From Methanocaldococcus sp. (GTDB taxonomy: Archaea; AGJL01; Methanococci; Methanococcales; Methanocaldococcaceae), in NCBI GenBank assembly GCA_039833665.1, contig JBDOKN010000030.1, positions 1 to 24,000 of the forward strand: DNA of 24,000 nucleotides, read 5' to 3'. Within the stretch, counting starts at the first letter, position 1, and each line of letters begins with the position of its first letter. This document shows positions 6,792 to 15,176 of this stretch, piece by piece. Made by a program: the position numbers and the translations under genes. The notes under the pieces are model-generated. The model was not told where the DNA came from. It made no database searches and saw only the letters and a program-made list of their open reading frames with translations.

Positions 6792-9611
6792 CTACTCTAA
6801 ATAAATAGCTGGTTTGAATGGAATGGCAACCTTCTTTTTATTGGCTTTATCTTCACCATTAATTATAATTTCCTCAACATCAAACTCTTTCTTTAAAAAT
6901 TCTTTGGCATTTTCTAATACCTCAACTTCATTAATAATTTCTGCATTAAGCTTTATTAATTGATTAACTAACTTTGGAATTTCCTTACCATACTTTCTAA
7001 AATCAGGATTTTTCATAATGATTGGCATTAACTCTTTAACAGTTTTTCCTTCATTTTCTTTAATAATTTTTAATATCTCATATTTCCAGTCATCAGCTGT
7101 ATATAAGTAGATTCTCTTTGGCTCAACTTTTGCGACGTTTATAATCTCCTTAATATCTTCTATAACTGCTTTTAAATACTCCTCTCCCTTCTCAATCTCA
7201 TCATTTATAAACTCCTCTTTAACCTCTGGGAATTTAGCCAATGAAACAAAGCCCTCTCTTCCTAAAATCTCCCACATCTCTTCACATAAATGTGGAGTGA
7301 ATGGCATCATCAACTTTATTATAACCTCTAAAAACTCCTCTAAGACATTTATGTTATTTCCTCCCCTCCTTTTATACCATTTTAAGTCATCTAACAACTG
7401 GTAGAGCAAAATACCTGCCTTTCTTAACTCAAAGTTTTCCATGTATTCATCATACTGCTTAACCGCTCTATACAATCTACTCAATAGCCATTTATCAATA
7501 TAGCTGAATTCTTCTCCTTTTTCTTCTTTTTTCTCAGTAATTTCTTTTGCAAATAGATATAATCTCTCTAAAACCTTCTTTGTGTTTTCCAATTCTTTAA
7601 ACTTTATATCAGCATCTTGTGGTAGTTCAGCACAGGTTGTTATATAAAATCTACCAACATCAGCCCCGAACTTCTCAGCAACTTCTAAGACAGGCAATAC
7701 AGGACCTTTTGACTTAGATAACTTTTTCCCCTCAATTGTGACATAACCATTAACCACTATTCCTCTTGGCCAAAACTCCTCTGGAAATATTGCCACATGA
7801 TTAAAGATATAGAACGTTAAATGGTTTGGAATCAAATCTTTAGCTGAACATCTCCAATCAACTGGATAATAATAGATAAATTCCTTCCTCATACCTTCAA
7901 TAATATCCTTTGGAATTCCTGTTTCTTTAACAATTTTATTAACATCTCCTTTTCCTAAAAATACGTAATCAAATAACTCTAAGGTTAATTGTTCTGGCTT
8001 TATTTTGTGTTGGTTGATGTATTTTGCAATTGTGTAATATGCTGGATAAATTGTTGAATCTGAGAGAGATTCAATAACCCAACCCTCTTCAAATGGAAAC
8101 TTTGTTCCTAAACCTCTCCTCCTAACACATGCTTTGTCTTTCATCCAATCAATCTTTTCATGGAACACTTGCCTTAAATTTTCAGGGATGAATTTCATTT
8201 TATCTACACACTTGTGAGCTAACTCTTTCCACTTCTCATCAGAATATTTGATAAACCACTGCCCTTTAACCATCTTAACAATGCATGGAGTTCCACATCT
8301 ACAAATAACCTTTTCCTCACTAAACTCATACATAATTTCAGCTAAACCTTTATCAATTAAATCCTTTGTTAATTTGTCTTTAATTTCTCTAACTGGGATG
8401 CCTTCATAACCAATACAGTTTTCATTTAAAACTCCCTTGTGGAACTCATCTTTATAGATTTTTTTGGTTGCCTCCTCTAATTTATCCTCCTCTTCCTGGC
8501 TTTTAATACCCATCTTTTCAACAATTTCCTTTGCTGGATATTTACCATAACCAGGAACTTTAATTAATGGAATTAAGCCAATTTCATCAACTAATCCTAA
8601 ATCCCTCAATGCTATGTAGTCATAAGGAGCATGTGCTGGGACAGACATAACACAGCCAGTTCCAATATTGGTTTTTACAAACTTAGCTGGTAATATTGGA
8701 ACCTCTCTCCCTGTTATTGGGTTTTTTACCTTTTTGTTTATAAGTTGTTCTCCTTTAAACTCTTCAATAATCTCTATCTTTCTATCTTGGTGTTTTAATT
8801 TCTCAGCACACTCCTTTGCCATTATCCAAATACCATTATCAATTAATTCAATATCTTCATCTGTCTCTCTCTCTAAATAAACCCTTGCTTTAACATAAAT
8901 TGCCTCAGGATTAACCCAAACGTTTGTTACTCCAAAGACCGTCTCTGGCCTTAAAGTAGCCATTGGCATTATACAGCCATCTTCTGTTGTGAATTTTATT
9001 AAAATGTATTCAACTAAGGTAGCGTTTTCTCCAACCAATATGTCGTGGTCTTCAACTGGGTTGTCACATCTTGGACAGTATCTAACAGGATGAGAACCTT
9101 TAACAATTAAACCTTTTTCTTTCAATTTGTGGAATTGCCATTCTATAAATTTGTTAAAGACCTTATCGTCTGTCTTAAAGTTTCTTCTCCAATCCAAGCT
9201 AAATCCCATTCTTTTAAATGCCTCCTCTGCCTTTTTTGAGAAGTATTCAACAATCTTTTCTGGTGTTGTTAGCTCTAATAATTCCTCTTTTGGTATGCCA
9301 TGCAGTTCAGTGTATGCCCATATTGTTTGCTTATCTCTATTTTTTATCAACTCAGCTAAACCTAAGATTGGTGTTCCTGTGACATGATAACCAAAAGTCC
9401 ATAAAACATTTTTATTTTTCATTCTTTGGAATCTTGCAACAACCTCTGGGATTGTGAAAGTCCTCAAATGTCCAGCGTGTAAGACACCATTTAAATATGG
9501 AAATGCCGCAGTTATAAAGAACTTCTCTCTATCATCTGGATTAGCTTCAAATATCTTTGCCTCTTCCCATCTTTTTTGCCATTTTTTCTCTATTTCTTTA
9601 AAGTCAATCAT
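6792..9611 (-). CDS. leuS: leucyl-tRNA synthetase
   Basis: ~939 aa. It is a class I aaRS with the HIGH-type motif (NGVLHAGHL) and KMSKS (KLSKSKG), and has archaeal LeuRS architecture. The start is more likely ATG 9611 (MIDFKEIEKKWQ) than the track's GTG 9620. Confidence 0.95.
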   Translation of the reverse strand: MIDFKEIEKKWQKRWEEAKIFEANPDDREKFFITAAFPYLNGVLHAGHLRTFTIPEVVARFQRMKNKNVLWTFGYHVTGTPILGLAELIKNRDKQTIWAYTELHGIPKEELLELTTPEKIVEYFSKKAEEAFKRMGFSLDWRRNFKTDDKVFNKFIEWQFHKLKEKGLIVKGSHPVRYCPRCDNPVEDHDILVGENATLVEYILIKFTTEDGCIMPMATLRPETVFGVTNVWVNPEAIYVKARVYLERETDEDIELIDNGIWIMAKECAEKLKHQDRKIEIIEEFKGEQLINKKVKNPITGREVPILPAKFVKTNIGTGCVMSVPAHAPYDYIALRDLGLVDEIGLIPLIKVPGYGKYPAKEIVEKMGIKSQEEEDKLEEATKKIYKDEFHKGVLNENCIGYEGIPVREIKDKLTKDLIDKGLAEIMYEFSEEKVICRCGTPCIVKMVKGQWFIKYSDEKWKELAHKCVDKMKFIPENLRQVFHEKIDWMKDKACVRRRGLGTKFPFEEGWVIESLSDSTIYPAYYTIAKYINQHKIKPEQLTLELFDYVFLGKGDVNKIVKETGIPKDIIEGMRKEFIYYYPVDWRCSAKDLIPNHLTFYIFNHVAIFPEEFWPRGIVVNGYVTIEGKKLSKSKGPVLPVLEVAEKFGADVGRFYITTCAELPQDADIKFKELENTKKVLERLYLFAKEITEKKEEKGEEFSYIDKWLLSRLYRAVKQYDEYMENFELRKAGILLYQLLDDLKWYKRRGGNNINVLEEFLEVIIKLMMPFTPHLCEEMWEILGREGFVSLAKFPEVKEEFINDEIEKGEEYLKAVIEDIKEIINVAKVEPKRIYLYTADDWKYEILKIIKENEGKTVKELMPIIMKNPDFRKYGKEIPKLVNQLIKLNAEIINEVEVLENAKEFLKKEFDVEEIIINGEDKANKKKVAIPFKPAIYLE

Positions 9612-9648
9612 AACCATCACATCCTTTTTGTTTATTTTTTTATTTTAT

Positions 9649-10158
9649 TTATTCTGTTAGTTTTAGCTCTTTTATAATCTCAATGAGTGTATCTGTTAAT
9701 TTGTCCCCAGCTAATTTAACCTCTTCTGATATGGGGCAGAAATCTACAATTTTTGGCTGAATTCCTAAAATAATTATCTCTGCATTTATAAATTTTTTTA
9801 AATATTTAACTATTATGGATAATGGCAATGTATGGGTTGAGAAGCTGTAATTTATTATTTCATCCTCTTTTATAATCTTAACCTCTCCAACATCTTTATC
9901 CATTAGGGCACAGTCGATTATTAAAATATGGGTAGGATTTATCTCTTTTAAAATATCTGTAAAAAAATCAGGGACAGTTCCAGCGTTTATTATATAGAGA
10001 TTTTTAATATTAATAACTTCTTTTTCCTCTCCAAAATGTCTCATCAATTTTTTAACTATATAAATGCCAATGGCATCATCTCCCTTTAACTCATTTCCAA
10101 CACCCATAATAACCAATTTTTTGCAGTTTTTTAATTTATTTAATAATATTTCCTTCAT
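9649..10158 (-). CDS. hydrogenase maturation endopeptidase (HycI/FrhD/HybD family)
   Basis: 169 aa. The N-terminal VIMGVGNELKGDDAIG motif and the later H-containing metal-ligand region are typical of [NiFe]-hydrogenase C-terminal processing proteases. The start ATG overlaps the stop of the upstream PiT gene (ATGA). Confidence 0.8.
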   Translation of the reverse strand: MKEILLNKLKNCKKLVIMGVGNELKGDDAIGIYIVKKLMRHFGEEKEVINIKNLYIINAGTVPDFFTDILKEINPTHILIIDCALMDKDVGEVKIIKEDEIINYSFSTHTLPLSIIVKYLKKFINAEIIILGIQPKIVDFCPISEEVKLAGDKLTDTLIEIIKELKLTE

Positions 10159-11051
10159 TGTATCAACCTATTGACTATAAAACCAGTTATTAAAGCCATT
10201 ATAGGAGCTACAACCCACCAAAAAATAATGTTTTTTAGAACTTTCCATCTTATTGTTTTTATTCCCTTAGTTAAACCAACCCCTAAAACTCCTCCAACTA
10301 TTGTTTGAGTTGTTGAGACGGGCATTCCCAATGCGGTAAAAATTGTAACTGCCAAACCTCCTGAGAGTTGAGCAATAAATGCAGAGCTAACGCTCAAATT
10401 TGTTATCATGGCCAAAGTTTCAGAAATTTTGTTTCCATATAAACAAGCTCCTAAGCATAAAAAAATAGCTCCAATGATATAAATTATTTGGGATGTTGTA
10501 AATGTTCCCAATACAGTTGGTAAGTCATTGCTTCCTAAATTAAAGGCAACAATACCAGCACTAATTAATAAAAAATATCTAATAATGGTTATTTTTTTGA
10601 GGATTGGAATCTCTATATTTTCATAAGCTGAATATAACATATAGGCAATAACAACAGCTACAATTGGAGATAGTATCCAGCTTAATAATATCTTCCAAAA
10701 TACTTGCAAGTTTGATGGATTGAAATTTAACCCAATTAGAGAGCATATAATTATAGTGTGAAGAGATATTGGCACTTTTTTATATGTTGAGAGCGTCATA
10801 ACCAATGCTGAGATTATTAAAGCTATTAACGCATTGGAGGAAATACTATTTACAGTATGCCCAACATTTTTAGCAAATAAAGAACCAATTATAACAGAAA
10901 CGCTAAATAAAATCAATAAATTCCTATATGTTGTTACTCTTGATGCATAGGCAGTGCCAATGGCATTGGCAACATTATTAGCCCCCAATACAAACAATAA
11001 ATAAAAACTTATAATTAACTCTAAATTTATTGAAATCTCTATAATAACCAC
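10155..11051 (-). CDS. inorganic phosphate transporter, PiT (PHO4) family
   Basis: 298 aa and polytopic. It has the PiT signatures GANNVANAIGTA and GSNDLPT. It appears to use a GTG start, since there is no in-frame ATG nearby. Confidence 0.85.
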   Translation of the reverse strand: MVIIEISINLELIISFYLLFVLGANNVANAIGTAYASRVTTYRNLLILFSVSVIIGSLFAKNVGHTVNSISSNALIALIISALVMTLSTYKKVPISLHTIIICSLIGLNFNPSNLQVFWKILLSWILSPIVAVVIAYMLYSAYENIEIPILKKITIIRYFLLISAGIVAFNLGSNDLPTVLGTFTTSQIIYIIGAIFLCLGACLYGNKISETLAMITNLSVSSAFIAQLSGGLAVTIFTALGMPVSTTQTIVGGVLGVGLTKGIKTIRWKVLKNIIFWWVVAPIMALITGFIVNRLIQ

Positions 11052-11072
11052 CCATTTATAACAAAATCCATT

Positions 11073-11702
11073 TTATTTTGTATGCAAATAAATTATATGT
11101 AACTCATCAGCCACATCCTCAATATAATCACTAATATCAACTATATTGTCTATGAAATCACACAAAATTTTCCCTTCCCAAAATGATTTAACCTCTAAAT
11201 TTATCAAATATTTATAAATTCTATTTTGATAAACATCGTCGATAAATTTTTCCTTATCTTTAATCTCCTTAATAATGGGGTCTAAATCCCCACCTTTTTC
11301 AATAACATCTAAAACCCTATCTAAATGCTTAAACATATCCACAGTAATCATTAAAACGAGGTCTATCTCCTCTCTTAGATACTTGTCAATATCCGTTTTT
11401 AATAGCTCATACAACATAGCGGCATGCTTCAAACTATCTAATGTCTCATCTAAAAGCTCCGCAGACCTCGACAACTCCCTCCTCATATTTGGTAAAAATG
11501 CCTTTTCTAAGTTTATCCTTATATTTTTTGTCGTCTCATCCCCCTCTTCCTCTATTTTTATAATATCCTTCAATATCTTTTCATCCTTAGAGTTTATATA
11601 TTCCTTTAAAAGCTCAATACTTTTTAAAGACATCTGGATTAATAATCTAAGATTATCTATTACACTTTTCTCATTATCCCTCTCAAATAAAAAAATAGAC
11701 AT
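11073..11702 (-). CDS. DUF47 / PhoU-like phosphate transport regulator-related protein
   Basis: 209 aa, helical and acidic. It sits immediately upstream of a PiT gene, the usual DUF47-PiT pairing (TIGR00153 family, from memory). RBS GTGAT lies upstream of the ATG. Confidence 0.7.
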   Translation of the reverse strand: MSIFLFERDNEKSVIDNLRLLIQMSLKSIELLKEYINSKDEKILKDIIKIEEEGDETTKNIRINLEKAFLPNMRRELSRSAELLDETLDSLKHAAMLYELLKTDIDKYLREEIDLVLMITVDMFKHLDRVLDVIEKGGDLDPIIKEIKDKEKFIDDVYQNRIYKYLINLEVKSFWEGKILCDFIDNIVDISDYIEDVADELHIIYLHTK

Positions 11703-11824
11703 GATATCACTTCATTTAAAAATCTCTTAACTTTATATTTTATTTCCTATTTTGTATTTTTATGTCTTATTGCATCTACTTAAATTAAATAATTTAAATA
11801 CTTACAAAAAAGTAAAAATAAAAA

Positions 11825-11935
11825 TATAGTTCTTTTCAAAATATTTTTGGAACACATAGGGCATTAATGAAATTCCCAATGGAAGGAGTTCAAACTTCAT
11901 TAATAAATTTTATTTCACTTTTGAAAAGAACTATA
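11825..11935. repeat. 111-bp AT-rich palindromic (MITE-like) element
   Basis: The terminal inverted repeats are a perfect 17 bp: TATAGTTCTTTTCAAAA (11825-11841) and TTTTGAAAAGAACTATA (11919-11935). An inner arm pairs ATTAATGAA with TTCATTAAT, and the central hairpin is TTCC-CAAT-GGAA. Confidence 0.6.
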
Positions 11936-11971
11936 AAATTATAAATGAGTTATTTTAAAAAGTTTAAAAAA

Positions 11972-12580
11972 TTATTTGCTCTTAGTAGCTATATTTATCC
12001 CATCTTCATCAATAACAGCAACAGCACATGCAACTGGATGCTCAAATTCCTCATAGTTTAAAATATAATCTGCTATCTCTTCAGCTGTCTCCCCTTCAAT
12101 ATTTATAACTTGGCTTTCATCTATTTTACAGGCGTTATAAACCCCCAAATAATAACCTTTTCCGTCCTTTAACTTAACTTCCTTAACCCTAATATCATTA
12201 TAAGTAATATAACCCATATAACACTCATTTTCATCTAAAACAGCCGCAATTCTTGGAGTGTTATATTCATCCTTTTCATAATCCATAGCTAACAACACAT
12301 AAGCTAATGCATCCCTCTTCCCAAAATGTAACTTTTCAGCTATAAAATCAGTATGTGAGCCGTTAGAAACAACAATAGTTTTATCAACGACCTTTATGCA
12401 GTTATATGTAATGTAAGGATTTTTGAACATCTCATTCAAATCCTTTGGAATTATTGCAACTGTTTTATCATCCATCTTTTTTGCTTCTCTGTTTGGAAAG
12501 CTTCTACTTGAGACCCTATAAGCAGCGAATGGTTTTCCTTTTTTAGTTTTTCCAACAACTAAGAATCTTCCAATATACAT
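11972..12580 (-). CDS. purO: archaeal IMP cyclohydrolase
   Basis: The N-terminus [12 protein letters not shown]... matches the PurO family (M. jannaschii MJ0626, 202 aa, from memory). The strong RBS GAGGGAGGG lies 5 nt upstream of ATG 12580. The track's start at 12634 adds 18 aa read from a duplicated ferredoxin fragment in another frame. Confidence 0.9.
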   Translation of the reverse strand: MYIGRFLVVGKTKKGKPFAAYRVSSRSFPNREAKKMDDKTVAIIPKDLNEMFKNPYITYNCIKVVDKTIVVSNGSHTDFIAEKLHFGKRDALAYVLLAMDYEKDEYNTPRIAAVLDENECYMGYITYNDIRVKEVKLKDGKGYYLGVYNACKIDESQVINIEGETAEEIADYILNYEEFEHPVACAVAVIDEDGINIATKSK

Positions 12581-12590
12581 TTTAACCCTC

Positions 12591-12647
12591 CCTCTATTTT
12601 TGATGTATCTATTTTTATAGCATTTATAGGGCAATATTTACACGAAA
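12591..12647 (-). pseudogene. decayed duplicate of the ferredoxin gene's 3' end
   Basis: Interval 12601-12637 is 35/37 identical to 12714-12750, an offset of 113 bp. On the minus strand it reads ...[15 protein letters not shown]..., compared with ...CAKYCPITAIKIDTSI* in the intact gene. A stop codon lies upstream in that frame. Confidence 0.6.
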
Positions 12648-12707
12648 CTTTTTAAAAAAGTTTCATCAAAATAGGATGCATCGCCTCGTTATGCTCGGCA
12701 GTGCCTC

Positions 12708-12884
12708 TTAAATTGATGTATCTATTTTTATAGCAGTTATAGGGCAATACTTTGCACAAATTCCACAATTTGAGCATTTATTTTCATCAATAATGGCAAC
12801 TCCATAGGTTTTTATTGCCCTTCTTGGACAGAATACAACACAGTTCCCACAACCAACACATTTCTCCAAAATCTTTATCCCCAT
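12708..12884 (-). CDS. 2x[4Fe-4S] ferredoxin (58 aa)
   Basis: It is not in the ORF track. My hand translation is MGIKILEKCVGCGNCVVFCPRRAIKTYGVAIIDENKCSNCGICAKYCPITAIKIDTSI*. It contains two CxxCxxCxxxCP motifs. RBS GGTGCT lies upstream of ATG 12884. Confidence 0.8.
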   Translation of the reverse strand: MGIKILEKCVGCGNCVVFCPRRAIKTYGVAIIDENKCSNCGICAKYCPITAIKIDTSI

Positions 12885-12899
12885 TGTAGCACCAAAATG

Positions 12900-13379
12900 T
12901 TATTTTTCTATTGGGATTAATTTAGCTTCCAACTTATCCTCAACACTTAACTTCATAATAGATTTTAGAGGACATCTTGGAACTGTTGGAGAGCCAGGGT
13001 TTAACAATAAGATATCCTTACAATCATCTATAAATGGTGTGTGAGTATGTCCGGATATTAAAACATCAACTCCCATCTCTTTTCCCAACAACCTCAATTT
13101 TAATCTATCTCCTCTTGGATAAATAACATCCCCATGTATAACCCCTATTTTTATTCCATTTATATTTAAAACTTCTTTTTTTGGTAAATCTAAATAATCC
13201 ATATTTCCTTTAACAGCTATAACATTGGCTAAATCATTTAACAAATCTAAAATCTCTTTATCAGTTATATCTCCACAGTGAATAATTAAATCCACATTAG
13301 AAAACTCATCAAAAACAGATTTTGGCAACTCAAAAGCTCTATCGTAGAGATGAGTATCGGAGATAACTCCAATAAGCAT
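12900..13379 (-). CDS. metallophosphoesterase (YfcE / MJ0936-like phosphodiesterase family)
   Basis: 159 aa. It has the calcineurin-like motifs ISDTH, CGD, GNMD and GHTH. RBS AAGGTGG lies upstream. Confidence 0.85.
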   Translation of the reverse strand: MLIGVISDTHLYDRAFELPKSVFDEFSNVDLIIHCGDITDKEILDLLNDLANVIAVKGNMDYLDLPKKEVLNINGIKIGVIHGDVIYPRGDRLKLRLLGKEMGVDVLISGHTHTPFIDDCKDILLLNPGSPTVPRCPLKSIMKLSVEDKLEAKLIPIEK

Positions 13380-13422
13380 AATTCCACCTTAAAATTATAA
13401 ATCAAAAAAAGAGCTAAAAATA

Positions 13423-13752
13423 GTGGTGTGCATGGCTTCCTTGGGGTGGGCATGCCCTCCAGCTCTCCCTCGCCCCCAGACCCCTTCTCAGCCCCGCTTC
13501 CCCCGTGAGCGCCGACGTCCTGCCTACCGTTGCTCCCTTCCGGGCCTGGCGGGGTTCGGCAGGCAAAGGGGGTTACATCTCCCCTACAGGAGATGCTCCC
13601 CCACCGCCGAGCCCCACGGGACGAGGCATCATCGAGGGGTCTGGGAAGGGAGAACTGGAGGGACATGCCGCCCCCAAGTTTTCGGCCCCCGCATAAGGGC
13701 GATTTCGGGTTACAGGGGACGCCCAACCCCCCGGCCTAGCCATGCACACCAA
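13423..13752 (-). ncRNA. signal recognition particle RNA (archaeal 7S RNA)
   Basis: This is a GC-rich island. The minus strand contains the universal helix-8 motif CAGGCCCGGAAGGGAGCAACGG (compare E. coli 4.5S AGGUCCGGAAGGAAGCAGCC). The 5' and 3' ends pair (GGTGTGCATGGCT 13425-13437 with AGCCATGCACACC 13738-13750). A TATA box lies upstream and T5/T7 runs lie downstream on the minus strand. Confidence 0.92.
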
Positions 13753-13774
13753 TTATTAATTTAATGATGACTCA

Positions 13775-13784
13775 TTATATATAG
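13775..13784 (-). promoter_or_regulatory. TATA box of the SRP RNA gene
   Basis: The minus strand reads AAACTATATATAATGAG. The box is centred ~28 nt upstream of the first nucleotide of the terminal helix. Confidence 0.6.
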
Positions 13785-14001
13785 TTTGTGGTGGTGCATT
13801 AGAAGTTCATCACTTTAATTTTTTAAGTTAAATATATATAATTGAAAAAAATATAAAATAAAATTGTTATCTTTTACAACCCAAATAATTAAGCATGATT
13901 AACCTTAAACTTATAAGCTGAACTTGCTATAGCTTACAAGATTATCTTGTGTAATTTATAAAAAATGAACGATTTATAAATTTGATATTAGAAATTTAAG
14001 G

Positions 14002-15111
14002 ATGATAGTTATGAAACTCGTAAAAGATGCCTTGTCAAGAAGTGATACAACTAAATATTTAAAGGATGAATTCGGGGAAGCAAGAATCGTAGTAGTTGGT
14101 TGTGGTGGAGCAGGAAATAACACAATTAATAGGTTAATGGAGATAGGCATTCAAGGAGCAGAAACAATAGCAATTAACACTGATAAACAGCATTTAGAAG
14201 TTATACAAGCGGATAAGAAAATTTTAATTGGAGCTGCGTTAACAAGAGGATTGGGAGCTGGAGGTTATCCAGAGATTGGAAGAAAAGCGGCAGAAATGGC
14301 TAAAAATATATTGGAAGAGCAGTTAAAAGGAGCTGATTTAGTTTTTGTTACAGCGGGAATGGGTGGTGGAACAGGGACAGGTTCAGCTCCAGTTGTGGCT
14401 GAAGTAGCTAAAGAAAATGGAGCCATAGTTGTTGGTGTTGTAACCTATCCGTTTAAAATTGAAAGAGCAAGGATGAAAAAGGCAGAAGAGGGAATTGCAA
14501 GGATGTCGGAGGTTTGTGATACTGTAATTATTATTGATAACAATAAACTCTTAGATTTAGTCCCAAACTTGCCTATAAATGATGCATTTAAAGTGGCTGA
14601 TGAAATTATAGCTCAGGCAGTCAAGGGAATAACTGAAACTATTGCTGTCCCAAGTTTAATAAACATTGATTTTGCAGATGTTAAGGCGGTGATGAGCGGT
14701 GGAGGAGTAGCGATGATTGGAGTTGGTGAAGTAGATAGTAGTGATAGGGGAGATAGAGTGCAGAATGTTGTTAAAGAGACCTTAAGCTGTCCATTATTGG
14801 ATGTTGATTATAAAGGGGCTAAAGGGGCTTTAATTCATATAACTGGGGGCCCAGATTTGACGTTAAAGGAGGCAAACGATATTGGAGAAGGGATAACAAG
14901 CCAACTCGACCCAGAGGCAAATGTTATATGGGGGGCGAGAATAGACCCTGAAATGGAGGGCTGTATTAGAGTTATGGCGATAATTACAGGAGTTAAGTCC
15001 CCAAACATTGTAGGAAAGGATACAAAGCCGAGAAGGATAATCCCAAAGGTTTCAAAGGAACAAAGTCAAAAGAAAGAACGTAAAATAGGAGGTATTGACT
15101 TTATAGTGTAA
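14002..15111 (+). CDS. ftsZ: cell division GTPase FtsZ (FtsZ2-type paralog)
   Basis: It has the tubulin signature [10 protein letters not shown], plus [12 protein letters not shown] and NTD motifs. The start could instead be ATG 14011 (MKLVKD...), preceded by AAGGATGA. Confidence 0.95.
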   Translation: MIVMKLVKDALSRSDTTKYLKDEFGEARIVVVGCGGAGNNTINRLMEIGIQGAETIAINTDKQHLEVIQADKKILIGAALTRGLGAGGYPEIGRKAAEMAKNILEEQLKGADLVFVTAGMGGGTGTGSAPVVAEVAKENGAIVVGVVTYPFKIERARMKKAEEGIARMSEVCDTVIIIDNNKLLDLVPNLPINDAFKVADEIIAQAVKGITETIAVPSLINIDFADVKAVMSGGGVAMIGVGEVDSSDRGDRVQNVVKETLSCPLLDVDYKGAKGALIHITGGPDLTLKEANDIGEGITSQLDPEANVIWGARIDPEMEGCIRVMAIITGVKSPNIVGKDTKPRRIIPKVSKEQSQKKERKIGGIDFIV

Positions 15112-15118
15112 TCTTTGG

Positions 15119-15131
15119 CTTTTTTATTTTT
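15119..15131 (+). terminator. oligo-T terminator after ftsZ
   Basis: CTTTTTTATTTTT lies 8 nt after the ftsZ stop codon. Confidence 0.5.
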
Positions 15132-15176
15132 GAATTTATTTAAATTTTTTAAATTTTGATTTTTAAGGGGTTGTTT

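Noticed and set aside
11861-11938. Short MKF… ORFs (25 codons on plus, 33 codons on minus) inside the palindromic element
   Set aside because: They are by-products of the palindrome, since the same start context appears on both strands. They have no RBS and are too short to support as genes without expression data.
12581-12634. The 18-aa N-terminal extension of purO in the ORF track ([18 protein letters not shown])
   Set aside because: It reads the duplicated ferredoxin fragment in a different frame. A strong RBS (GAGGGAGGG) sits just before the internal ATG at 12580, which gives the canonical MYIGRF PurO N-terminus.
12591-12760. CRISPR-like or tandem-repeat array
   Set aside because: There are only two copies. 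One lies inside an intact ferredoxin CDS, and the intervening sequence shows weak residual similarity to the gene interior. This is a local partial gene duplication, not a repeat-spacer array.
13393-13402. TATA-like ATTTATAATTT (minus strand) as the promoter for the phosphoesterase gene
   Set aside because: Normal TATA-to-TSS spacing would place the start downstream of the ATG at 13379. I cannot decide between read-through from the SRP RNA unit, a leaderless variant, or a different start, so I have not reported it as a feature.
13286-13764. Four overlapping track ORFs (13286-13726 on the minus strand; 13423-13764, 13505-13696 and 13530-13739 on the plus strand)
   Set aside because: All lie within the SRP RNA gene. 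Their translations are Pro/Gly/Arg-rich, an artefact of GC-rich RNA sequence. ORF 13286-13726 additionally overlaps the real phosphoesterase gene out of frame.
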